The notes under the pieces are model-generated. The model was not told the DNA's origin and made no database searches. It saw only the letters and a program-made list of their open reading frames with translations. A DNA stretch of 12,688 nucleotides from Nanobdellati archaeon (GTDB lineage Archaea; EX4484-52; GLR71), in contig JAHYJO010000025.1 of NCBI GenBank assembly GCA_019429125.1, forward strand, positions 1 through 12,688, read 5' to 3'. Both the position numbers and the translations under genes were made by a program. Shown piece by piece: positions 1 to 7,632 of the stretch (position 1 is its first letter; each line of letters opens with the position of its first letter).

Positions 1-23
1 CGCTCAAAAGATTTCATACATAT

Positions 24-45
24 TATATGCCTATTTAGGCATATA
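24..45. promoter_or_regulatory. Perfect 10-bp-arm palindrome TATATGCCTA-TT-TAGGCATATA, likely a protein-binding site over the minus-strand promoter
   Basis: Seen directly. The half-site recurs at 100-109. Confidence 0.7.
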
Positions 46-47
46 TA

Positions 48-73
48 GTTTTCGGTCTTTTTAGACCAAAAAC
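48..73 (-). repeat. 11-bp inverted repeat/hairpin GTTTTTGGTCT-AAAA-AGACCGAAAAC (one G-U pair on the minus strand)
   Basis: Seen directly. Confidence 0.6.
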
Positions 74-166
74 GAATGAGTTAATAAAAATTAAAGGGTT
101 ATATGCCTAAAAATTAGGGAGGTCAGGATTAAATGAAAAATTGAAGTAAATGTACTAAAAATAGCC

Positions 167-219
167 AACTGTCAAATAGATATTCTGAATGAAATAGTTA
201 ACAAACTGTCAAACTTGAG
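167..219. repeat. Direct repeat AACTGTCAAA (167-176, 204-213) ending in AAACTTGAG, a possible second IS terminus
   Basis: The 10-bp direct repeat is seen directly. AAACTTGAG (211-219) is the reverse complement of CTCAAGTTT at 12497-12505. Confidence 0.45.
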
Positions 220-310
220 TTATTATTTCTTATCAAATATACAGACAATCAAGACCCCTAAATTAAATAGTAACTAGACATAAATAATTTAAGAAAAGAA
301 AAAATATAAT

Positions 311-2197
311 CTACTTCAGCCTCAATGCATCAAGATTATGCGGGAACTGAGTCTCAATCTTAAACATCTTATGAAGATTCCTGCCAAAATCAACAATGTT
401 CCTCGCTTCACCATGATTAAGTATTATACGCTCAGGTTTTGACTTCAAACGAGATATATAATTAGTAAGCTGTGAACGGTCTGAATGCGCACCAAAACCA
501 TGTGCAGTCTCAACCTGCATATTCATACGGATTGTATTTCGCGTATCATTTGCAGTCTTGTTTGGCATAGGCAAGTTTCTCCAGCCCATCTGTATACTGC
601 GCCCTAAAGTACCTTCAGCCTGATATCCCACAAACACTAACGTATTTCTCTCATCATCAGCAAGACACCTAAGATATTCCATAATAGGACCACCTGTAAC
701 CATACCAGAGGTGGTTATGATTATTGCAGGACCACCATCAATGACAGCCTTACGTTCAGTAGGACTTGCCACCCTCTTAAATACTTTATTGATAAATGGA
801 TTATTTGAATAATGAAATATCTGTTTCTGTAAATCCTTAGACAAGAATTCAGGATAAGTAGTATGTATTGCAGTTACATCCCAAATCATGCCGTCAAGGT
901 ACACAGGAACATCAATCTCCTTATTGTCAGCTAATTCAGCAAAAAATATCATTAGTTCTTGAGCACGACCGACAGCAAAGGATGGTACTACCACTTTCCC
1001 CCCTCGTTTGAGAGTCTCTTTAATTATAGACACAAACTTTTTCTCAGAATCAAATTTAGAAGGCATCTTATCAACCATACCACCATAAGTGGATTCCATA
1101 ATCAATGTTTCACATCTCTGGAAATTCATACTTGCAGGATCAAAAAGCCTACTCTTACCATACTTGAAATCCGCAGTATATACTAAATTATGAAGACCTT
1201 CACCAATATGTATATGAGATATTGCCGAACCTAAAATATGCCCCGCATTATGAAATGTAAGACGCATATCCCCAGTTATATCCGCAACATGGCCATAATC
1301 CATAACTATAGAATGCTTGACTGCGCTTTTTATACCCTTACTAGTATAAGGAGCACCACCAGTCTCATTCTGCATAGTCTTTATGTAATCCAACTGTTGA
1401 AGTATCATGATATCTCGTGTAGGCGCTGTAAGATATGTTGGCCCATCATACCCATATTCATATAGATATGGAAGAAAACCAGAATGGTCAAGATGTGCAT
1501 GACTTATTATGACAGCATCAAGATCTTCAATATCAAATTCTGGTATCTCAAGGTATGGATGTCTTTCAGCAACAGATGCAACATTTACCCCACAATCAAG
1601 AAGAACTCTGCTCTTTTTAGTCTGAAGAAGTATGGCTGATCTGCCCACCTCTCTTGCAGACCCTAAAAATGAAACACGTGTCCAACCTTCTTTTGAACCT
1701 TTATCCATCCGTATCTGTTCACCGATACGATTAAGGAAACGTTGCCTATATTTTGATTCACTATGAATTATTTCTCGTGCCTTATCAACAATCTTTGATT
1801 GGATAAGAGGTATTCTTTTTATTACAGGACTCCAACAGGTTGCACTCTTTATCTCTTTAAGTGTCTCGCCCTGTTTACCAATTATCAAACCAGGTTTTTT
1901 AGCATAAATTATAACCCTACTAAATTCAGGTTCAAAAAGAATTTCACCAACTTCAGCATCAGATGGTGCAATCTTTCTTATTTTTGCAGTAGCAATATCC
2001 TGTTTTTCACAGATTGCAGGATCCGGTCTTATATCTATTCTTTTTCTTAACAACTGGACAAGTTCCCTTATTTCCTGACTACTTTCAATAAAGAAATTTC
2101 TATTTTTTGTATACAGCACTATATCCGAACCTTCAAAAAGTGTTTTTGTAATCATTGAGCCTGCTGGAAGCTTGCTCTTTATTTCATTAAGATTCAT
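311..2197 (-). CDS. fttA: aCPSF1 / FttA, KH-domain beta-CASP ribonuclease and transcription termination factor
   Basis: N-terminal KH domains (KPGLIIGKQG), metallo-beta-lactamase HAHLDH, AGHILG, MESTYG, AHSD and NHGE motifs, about 630 aa, adjacent to psmB as in most archaea. ATG 2197 is preferred over GTG 2206 because a GGTGA Shine-Dalgarno precedes it. Confidence 0.97.
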   Translation of the reverse strand: MNLNEIKSKLPAGSMITKTLFEGSDIVLYTKNRNFFIESSQEIRELVQLLRKRIDIRPDPAICEKQDIATAKIRKIAPSDAEVGEILFEPEFSRVIIYAKKPGLIIGKQGETLKEIKSATCWSPVIKRIPLIQSKIVDKAREIIHSESKYRQRFLNRIGEQIRMDKGSKEGWTRVSFLGSAREVGRSAILLQTKKSRVLLDCGVNVASVAERHPYLEIPEFDIEDLDAVIISHAHLDHSGFLPYLYEYGYDGPTYLTAPTRDIMILQQLDYIKTMQNETGGAPYTSKGIKSAVKHSIVMDYGHVADITGDMRLTFHNAGHILGSAISHIHIGEGLHNLVYTADFKYGKSRLFDPASMNFQRCETLIMESTYGGMVDKMPSKFDSEKKFVSIIKETLKRGGKVVVPSFAVGRAQELMIFFAELADNKEIDVPVYLDGMIWDVTAIHTTYPEFLSKDLQKQIFHYSNNPFINKVFKRVASPTERKAVIDGGPAIIITTSGMVTGGPIMEYLRCLADDERNTLVFVGYQAEGTLGRSIQMGWRNLPMPNKTANDTRNTIRMNMQVETAHGFGAHSDRSQLTNYISRLKSKPERIILNHGEARNIVDFGRNLHKMFKIETQFPHNLDALRLK

Positions 2198-2342
2198 AGA
2201 CTTCACCAGATATTAAAATTGGATATAAGATATATATAAAATATATCTAAAATATAAATAAAAAATTATATAATTAAATATAATATAAAAATGATAATAT
2301 TAAATTAAAAAAATGAAAGTGAAAAACTAAAAAAATAAAATC

Positions 2343-2966
2343 TTATTTTTTCAATTTCAATATATCAGCTTCAGGAACCCATCGAATCCCTTCTTTTGTA
2401 ATGACTGCAACATCAACTGAATAACCACCAGTAGCCATATCTCTTTTCTTTGCAACCATAAGAGCACTGTGTATCAATTTAAGTCCATCATCAACAGACA
2501 TGCCTTCAGTATAAGCATCTTCCAATACTCCTAAAGCCATAGGTGACCCGGAACCTGTAAATGCAAATGTCTTAGCATCTTCAATTGCTCCTGCAAGATC
2601 AATTGAATAAACGTGAGGACCTGTTGAATCATATCCTCCTAAAAGTATCTGAACCATATCAGGTCTATATGATTTGAAAGATGTTCTTAAAATTGTTGCC
2701 AAAAGAGATGCTGCCATCTTGGCTGTAACTTCTCCTTCCTGAAAACTATAAAGCTTAAGTTCAGCAGACATTAATTTTGCCAATGCCTGCCCATCCCCTG
2801 CAGTACCTGCAATAGTCATAACAAGATTATCTGAAATCTGTAAAACTTTTGTCATTGTCTCGCTTGCAACAAGATAACCCATAGATGAACGCTGATCAGC
2901 GGCCATAATAGTTGCATCATTGCAGACCATACCTAAAGTTGTTGTACCTGTCTTAACTATATCCAT
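2343..2966 (-). CDS. psmB: 20S proteasome beta subunit
   Basis: Short propeptide MDIVKTG followed by catalytic TTT, plus AADQR, GSGS and RDMATG motifs. Confidence 0.97.
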   Translation of the reverse strand: MDIVKTGTTTLGMVCNDATIMAADQRSSMGYLVASETMTKVLQISDNLVMTIAGTAGDGQALAKLMSAELKLYSFQEGEVTAKMAASLLATILRTSFKSYRPDMVQILLGGYDSTGPHVYSIDLAGAIEDAKTFAFTGSGSPMALGVLEDAYTEGMSVDDGLKLIHSALMVAKKRDMATGGYSVDVAVITKEGIRWVPEADILKLKK

Positions 2967-3109
2967 AAGAATTACACCCCGAGAAGAAGCTAAAGTTTAA
3001 TTAATGCAAAATCTTTTTAAGTGTTTCTATTTATACTGACCTAAATATTCAAAAATATTAAACGCGAACAATTAATATAATCACTATAAAAAACAATAAT
3101 GTTATTTTC

Positions 3110-3610
3110 TCAATGTTTTTTTCCAGAACTTGAAACAAATTTTGTCTCAGAACCGCAGATATCACATATTTCTTTATCCGTATCAGCACCACATGCAGTA
3201 CATTTTCTGCGCCATTTCAAGACCCTCTTGATACCTTTCTGTGACACTGCCAGATATTTCAATCCGAGAGACTTCACAGTATTTTGTATACCATAATCAT
3301 CTGTGACAACTACTGCCTTTTTCCCTTTCCTTACAAATTCCATACAAAGTGCAATTACATTTATATCAGTTGCTGAAAGCTTATCACCTGTATCTTTAAG
3401 CTTGTCCTTTACAGCATTTACATATTCATCTTTGGACGATAAAATAGAAAGCCCCGACTTGACAAGCATATCAAACTGTATTTGAGCATAAGGATCTTTT
3501 ATCTCTTCTGACACCTCATATACAGTCACACATGCCTTTTCAGAAAACCTATCACTATATTTCTCTAAAAACACAGTACTATCAAGAATGTATATCACAT
3601 CATTATCCAT
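3110..3610 (-). CDS. nob1: Nob1 PIN-domain endonuclease with zinc ribbon (16S rRNA maturation)
   Basis: ILDST, LSATD and TDDYGIQN PIN motifs, with C-terminal CTACG...CDICG. ATG 3610 (MDNDVIYILDS) is more plausible than GTG 3649. Confidence 0.92.
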   Translation of the reverse strand: MDNDVIYILDSTVFLEKYSDRFSEKACVTVYEVSEEIKDPYAQIQFDMLVKSGLSILSSKDEYVNAVKDKLKDTGDKLSATDINVIALCMEFVRKGKKAVVVTDDYGIQNTVKSLGLKYLAVSQKGIKRVLKWRRKCTACGADTDKEICDICGSETKFVSSSGKKH

Positions 3611-3743
3611 TGTATCATTATCAAATAGATTCATAAGATATACTTTCACCGAAAAGACATATAAATGTCACATAACAAAATGATGATAACAGATAAATGA
3701 TAATGCATACAGCACTATAAATTATAAGATTACTATAAATATA

Positions 3744-3769
3744 AATCTGACTAATAATAAAATCAGATT
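3744..3769. promoter_or_regulatory. Inverted repeat AATCTGA-N12-TCAGATT just downstream of a TATA-like TATAAATA, upstream of the histone gene
   Basis: Seen directly in the nob1/histone divergent intergenic region. Function is inferred. Confidence 0.35.
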
Positions 3770-3822
3770 AATAATATAATAACTAATAATAATATAATTA
3801 ATACTAATAAAAGGTAATAATG

Positions 3823-4029
3823 ATGGCAGAACTTTCATTATCTTCAGTTGAAAAAATCCTAAAGGACGCAGGCGCAAAAAGAGTATCAGATGACGCAATA
3901 AGAGAACTGAGAAAGATAATAGAAGAATTTGCAGAAGATATTGGGACAGAAGCTGTCAAAGTAGCAGAACATGCAGGACGAAAGACAATAAAAGAAAAAG
4001 ACATAAAATTTGCCACAAGACAGTATTAA
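3823..4029 (+). CDS. Archaeal histone (HMf-like singlet)
   Basis: AGAKRVS and AEHAGRKTIKEKDI histone-fold motifs, about 68 aa. Start is ATG 3820 or 3823; AGGT at 3812-3815 favours 3823. Confidence 0.96.
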   Translation: MAELSLSSVEKILKDAGAKRVSDDAIRELRKIIEEFAEDIGTEAVKVAEHAGRKTIKEKDIKFATRQY

Positions 4030-4171
4030 TTATAAATCTCAATTTTTAAATTTAATCTTGACTATCTCAAAACTCACAAATCTTTATAAATATTTCAGAT
4101 AACAATTAATTATTACAATCATAAATAAAATATTCTCGCGCTTAAAAATATTAAAAGAAGGTGTAATTCAA

Positions 4172-4561
4172 ATGGCAATGGATAGTAAACAAATAAATTC
4201 AAGAGACGCAAAAAAAGGAAATTATGTCATATTTGATGACGTCGTATGTAGAGTTCTTGACAACAAAATTTCAAAACCGGGAAAACATGGTGAAGCAAAA
4301 TGCCGAATTGAAGCAGTAGGTATACTTGACGATAAGAAAAGAGTCCATATAAGTCCTGCAGGACACAGGTTGATTTCACCAATACTTGACAAAAGAACAT
4401 GCCAAATATTAGCTATCTCAGGCAACAATGCACAAGTCATGGATATGGAATCTTTCGAAACTTTCGACATAGAGATACCAGAAGATCTAAAAGAAACAGT
4501 ACATGAAGGCGAAGAAAAAGGTTATTGGACTATTTTAGACAAAAAAGTATTTACAGAATAA
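4172..4561 (+). CDS. eif5a: Translation factor aIF5A
   Basis: Hypusination loop SKPGKHGEAK and QVMDMESFETF. AGGTG Shine-Dalgarno upstream. Confidence 0.97.
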   Translation: MAMDSKQINSRDAKKGNYVIFDDVVCRVLDNKISKPGKHGEAKCRIEAVGILDDKKRVHISPAGHRLISPILDKRTCQILAISGNNAQVMDMESFETFDIEIPEDLKETVHEGEEKGYWTILDKKVFTE

Positions 4562-4578
4562 GAGATTATTCCATTACA

Positions 4579-4608
4579 CCCTTTTTTTATTTCTTTATAA
4601 TTTTTATA
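4579..4608 (+). terminator. U-rich archaeal terminator after aIF5A
   Basis: ccctttttttatttctttataatttttat begins about 18 nt after the stop. Confidence 0.5.
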
Positions 4609-4783
4609 TATTAAGTACTTAATTTAACTATTATTGACTATGATTAAATCCAACAACTACATAACCTTTTTAAAATAAAAACCATCCATACAATTAATTA
4701 TGTTACAAAGTATTAATAAAATATAACCGAAACAAAAAACATAAAAGATATAACATCTAAAACTCAAAACATAAGGTGACTTG

Positions 4784-5710
4784 ATGATGACAACATATAT
4801 TATAGGGCACAAAAACCCTGACACAGACTCTATCTGCGCAGCCATTTCTTACGCAGACCTAAAAAACACAATAGTAACCACCAAAGAGTTCCAACCAGCA
4901 AGATCCGGAAACATAAACGATGAAACTCGATTCATACTTAACAAGTTCAACGCAAAAGACCCAATCTTATTAGATGATGCAACAGGCAAAAAAGTAATCC
5001 TTGTAGATCACAGCGAACCAAAACAGCGACCAGAGAACATAGATAAAGGCGAAATAGTGGAAGTCATTGACCATCACAACATAAATTTCCAGCAAGCAAC
5101 TCCAATTATATTCCATTCAGAACCTGCAGGAAGCACATGCACAATTATTGCAAAGATGTATTTTGAAAAAAACATAAACATACCAAAAACTATAGCAGGC
5201 CTTCTTTTGGGCGCAATAATCTCAGACACAGTCATCTTCAAATCACCGATAACGACAGAGGAAGACAAAGAAATCGCGAACAAACTAAAACCAATCGCAG
5301 ATATAAACGACCTAAATAAATTCGGCATAGACATGTTCAACGCAAAATCCGGCTGGAATAAAAAGACCGCAAAAGACATAATCACAACAGATTACAAAGA
5401 ATACGAACTTGGTGGCAAAAAGATTGGTATAGCCCAAGTTGAGACCGTTGACGCAAGCGAACTAGAACCCCGAAAGCAAGAGTTCTTAAAAGAGATGAAA
5501 ACAATAAAAGACAAAAGCAAACTTGACACAATAATAGTTCTTCTGACAGACATAATAAAAGAAGGTTGCATTGCATACATATTAAGTGACTGCACAGACA
5601 TGATAGAAAAAACATTTGAAAAAAAGATAAAATACAACGAAATGTACTTACCAGGTATCCTTTCAAGAAAGAAACAGATTGTTCCACCACTTGAGAAAGC
5701 ATTGTCTTAA
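4784..5710 (+). CDS. ppaC: Manganese-dependent (family II, DHH/DHHA2) inorganic pyrophosphatase
   Basis: GHKNPDTD, LVDH, IDHH, AIISDT and C-terminal SRKKQIVP motifs. GGTGA Shine-Dalgarno at 4775-4779; start at 4784 or 4787. Confidence 0.96.
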   Translation: MMTTYIIGHKNPDTDSICAAISYADLKNTIVTTKEFQPARSGNINDETRFILNKFNAKDPILLDDATGKKVILVDHSEPKQRPENIDKGEIVEVIDHHNINFQQATPIIFHSEPAGSTCTIIAKMYFEKNINIPKTIAGLLLGAIISDTVIFKSPITTEEDKEIANKLKPIADINDLNKFGIDMFNAKSGWNKKTAKDIITTDYKEYELGGKKIGIAQVETVDASELEPRKQEFLKEMKTIKDKSKLDTIIVLLTDIIKEGCIAYILSDCTDMIEKTFEKKIKYNEMYLPGILSRKKQIVPPLEKALS

Positions 5711-5728
5711 ATAAAGAGAGATGACAAT

Positions 5729-6134
5729 ATGCCAAACATACAAAAACTAAAAGACATTGAATAGACATTAAACACAGAAGAAAATGTCTAGATAGCATGC
5801 CCCAGCTCTTGAATTCTGCAAAATGGGATTTATCTACGCAAAATTTACACCAGGTCAAGAATTAAAAATCCATTATCACAAAAGACAAGAAAATGGTGAT
5901 GAAATTTTCATATTCCCTTATGAAGGCGAAATACTTCTCAAAACAATTGAAGGTAATAAAATAAACGAAGAACCATACACTATTGAACCTGAAAATCCAA
6001 GAAGCATAGCATTCAAAGACAAAGAACCCCATGGTCTAAAAAACACAGGAGACAAAGACCTCATATTCCTTGCTCTATACGCACCAACCTTTATTCCTGG
6101 TGAAGTCAAACATTACAACCTCCACAATCTTTAA
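5729..6134 (+). pseudogene. Cupin-domain protein with a probably disrupted 5' end (intact ORF only 5823-6134)
   Basis: Cupin motifs PGQELKIHYH...DEIFIF...EG and EPHGLKNTG lie in 5823-6134. Upstream, ATG 5729 reads MPNIQKLKDIE*TLNTEENV*IAC and joins PALEFCK-MGFIY if one C is removed from CCCC at 5800-5803. The cupin call is strong; the pseudogene status is inferred. Confidence 0.6.
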
Positions 6135-6260
6135 AAAGATATTGCAGTAATTTATTATATTATATGGCCGACAAGGCTAGAAGTCTGTTCGCTTCGACTT
6201 AGGTTGTATATCCGACTTATTTTTTCAATAAAAATAATCATAATTGAGGTTTGATATAAT

Positions 6261-6833
6261 ATGTTCCAGATACAAAAATTTGAAGAATCTATACGAGTGC
6301 CCCCAAAATACATAGGACTTGACATAAAAGATTCAGTCAGCAAAAGCCTTGCTGAAAGGTTTGAAAACAAAGTTATAAAAGATATAGGAGTAATACTTAC
6401 CATAAATGAAATATCAGATATAGAAAACGGCAAAATTTTAGTAGAGGACGCAGGTGTATATTATAAAGTAACCTTTGAAGCACTTGTTTATGTACCAATG
6501 CTTTATGAGATCATTGAAGGTGATGTTGTAGATATAACCAACTTTGGTGTCTTTGTAAGATTCGGACCGATTGACGGTCTCTGCCACGTATCTCAAGTAA
6601 TAAATGATTATGTCAGCTTTGAAGAACATTCAAGAGTACTTGCCGCAAGAGACACAAATAGAATACTTAAAGTCGGCGACGAGATAAGAGCAAGAATAAT
6701 CGCAGTCAGCCTAAGTAAAGGCGAAGTAAACAAGATAAACATAACAATGCGACAACCATATTTAGGTTCAATGACATGGATTAATGAAGAAAAAGAAGCA
6801 AAACTTAAAGCACAGGAAAAAACAAAAAAATAA
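6261..6833 (+). CDS. rpoE1: DNA-directed RNA polymerase subunit E' (Rpo7)
   Basis: IRVPP, FGVFVRFGPIDGLCHVSQV (S1 domain) and TMRQPYLG motifs. Confidence 0.97.
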   Translation: MFQIQKFEESIRVPPKYIGLDIKDSVSKSLAERFENKVIKDIGVILTINEISDIENGKILVEDAGVYYKVTFEALVYVPMLYEIIEGDVVDITNFGVFVRFGPIDGLCHVSQVINDYVSFEEHSRVLAARDTNRILKVGDEIRARIIAVSLSKGEVNKINITMRQPYLGSMTWINEEKEAKLKAQEKTKK

Positions 6834-6842
6834 GGTGTTAAT

Positions 6843-7022
6843 ATGGAAAGTGCATGCAAAATATGTAATAGGCTTGTAGAAGGCAATGAATGTCCTGTAT
6901 GCAAAAGCCAAGAACTTACAAAAAACTGGAAAAGTGTTATTATAATTTTTAACCCTGATTGTGAGATTGCAAAAAAGACAGGGTTTGAACTACCAGGAAA
7001 ATATGCATTAAAAGTTCTATAA
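6843..7022 (+). CDS. spt4: Transcription elongation factor Spt4 (RpoE''), 59 aa, absent from the ORF track
   Basis: Manual translation MESACKICNRLVEGNECPVCKSQELTKNWKSVIIIFNPDCEIAKKTGFELPGKYALKVL shows two CxxC pairs and PGKYAL. AGGTG Shine-Dalgarno, canonical position after rpoE'. Confidence 0.96.
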   Translation: MESACKICNRLVEGNECPVCKSQELTKNWKSVIIIFNPDCEIAKKTGFELPGKYALKVL

Positions 7023-7047
7023 TATAGAAAACATTATGGTGAACTAT

Positions 7048-7380
7048 ATGAAAATTGAGATTACTGAAACAAACGAAAATCAACTGCTTGATAGAAAAGA
7101 TATCAAATTCAAGATAATGCAGACTGGAGCTACACCCAGCGAGAAACAAGTACTTAAAGAGCTCGCAAAAATATTAAAAATTGACAGCACACACATAATT
7201 ATCGAAGCCATACATCAGAAATACAGCGCACTTGAATCTAACGGCATTGCAAAAGTGTTCAAGAAAGCAATAAGAGTACTAACTGAAGAAGAGAAGGCAG
7301 AAGCAACTGAAGAAAAAAAAGAAAAAGCTCCAGTAGCTGAAGAGATAAAAGCTGAGACTGCTGAAGAAAAAAAAGAATGA
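7048..7380 (+). CDS. rps24e: 30S ribosomal protein S24e
   Basis: MKIEI..ENQLLDRKDIKF and GATPS motifs, operon position. ATG 7048 follows GGTGA. Confidence 0.92.
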   Translation: MKIEITETNENQLLDRKDIKFKIMQTGATPSEKQVLKELAKILKIDSTHIIIEAIHQKYSALESNGIAKVFKKAIRVLTEEEKAEATEEKKEKAPVAEEIKAETAEEKKE

Positions 7381-7392
7381 TGGTGATATCTT

Positions 7393-7587
7393 ATGGCAAA
7401 AAAAACACTTAAAGCAGGAAGAAAAAAACATTTTAACGTCCAGGCAGGAAAACTTTACAAGATAATAGAGGGAAAGCTTGTAAAAAATAACAAAAACTGT
7501 CCACGATGTAAAAAGACAATGGCAAACGCAAAGGGCAGAGAATTCTGTGGTGGATGCGGTTACACGATTTCTGCAAAGAAAGAGTAA
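7393..7587 (+). CDS. rps27ae: 30S ribosomal protein S27ae
   Basis: Basic N-terminus and CPRC...CGGCGYT zinc finger. Follows S24e with a GGTGA Shine-Dalgarno. Confidence 0.94.
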   Translation: MAKKTLKAGRKKHFNVQAGKLYKIIEGKLVKNNKNCPRCKKTMANAKGREFCGGCGYTISAKKE

Positions 7588-7590
7588 ATA

Positions 7591-7612
7591 TTCTCTCTTT
7601 TATTTTTTATTT
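7591..7612 (+). terminator. U-rich terminator of the rpoE' operon
   Basis: ttctctcttttattttttattt directly after the rps27ae stop. Confidence 0.5.
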
Positions 7613-7632
7613 AAATATACATATTATTTTAT

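Larger units (their letters stand above)
1..127 (-). mobile_element. Putative left end of an insertion sequence (IS1634-like), with a possible transposase start MKSFE(R) at ATG 17 running off the window
   Basis: The minus strand reads CCTGACCTCCCTAATTTTTAGGCATATAA from 127. TTATATGCCTA occurs at 99-109 and 23-33, the latter within a perfect palindrome at 24-45. A BRE/TATA-like GAAAACTATATAT (41-53) lies about 24 nt before ATG 17. The family call rests on recalled resemblance to archaeal IS1634 ends and N-termini; only 5 full codons are visible. Confidence 0.45.

Noticed and set aside
133-277. GGAGGT followed by a frameshifted 47-aa frame MKIEVNVLKIANCQIDILNEIVNKLSNLSYYFL..., vaguely like a TnpB/Cas12f N-terminus
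   Set aside because: It needs a frameshift at codon 3, has no RuvC or zinc-finger remnant, and the same DNA is better explained as IS-end repeats.
2207-2342. Extremely AT-rich psmB-fttA spacer with an AGATATAT/ATATATCT inverted repeat, a possible replication origin
   Set aside because: No ORB motifs or adjacent cdc6/orc1, and the repeat is expected in low-complexity AT sequence.
3680-3750. C/D box sRNA (ATGATGA at 3680, CTGA at 3747)
   Set aside because: Box spacing is wrong, there is no convincing D'/C' pair with 10-12 nt guides, and the region is low complexity.
6166-6217. H/ACA guide, SECIS element or split-tRNA half as the identity of the GC-rich island
   Set aside because: No K-turn/K-loop, wrong pocket-to-ACA distance, no GAA/A SECIS motif and no D- or T-arm consensus. 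Kept only as an unassigned finding.
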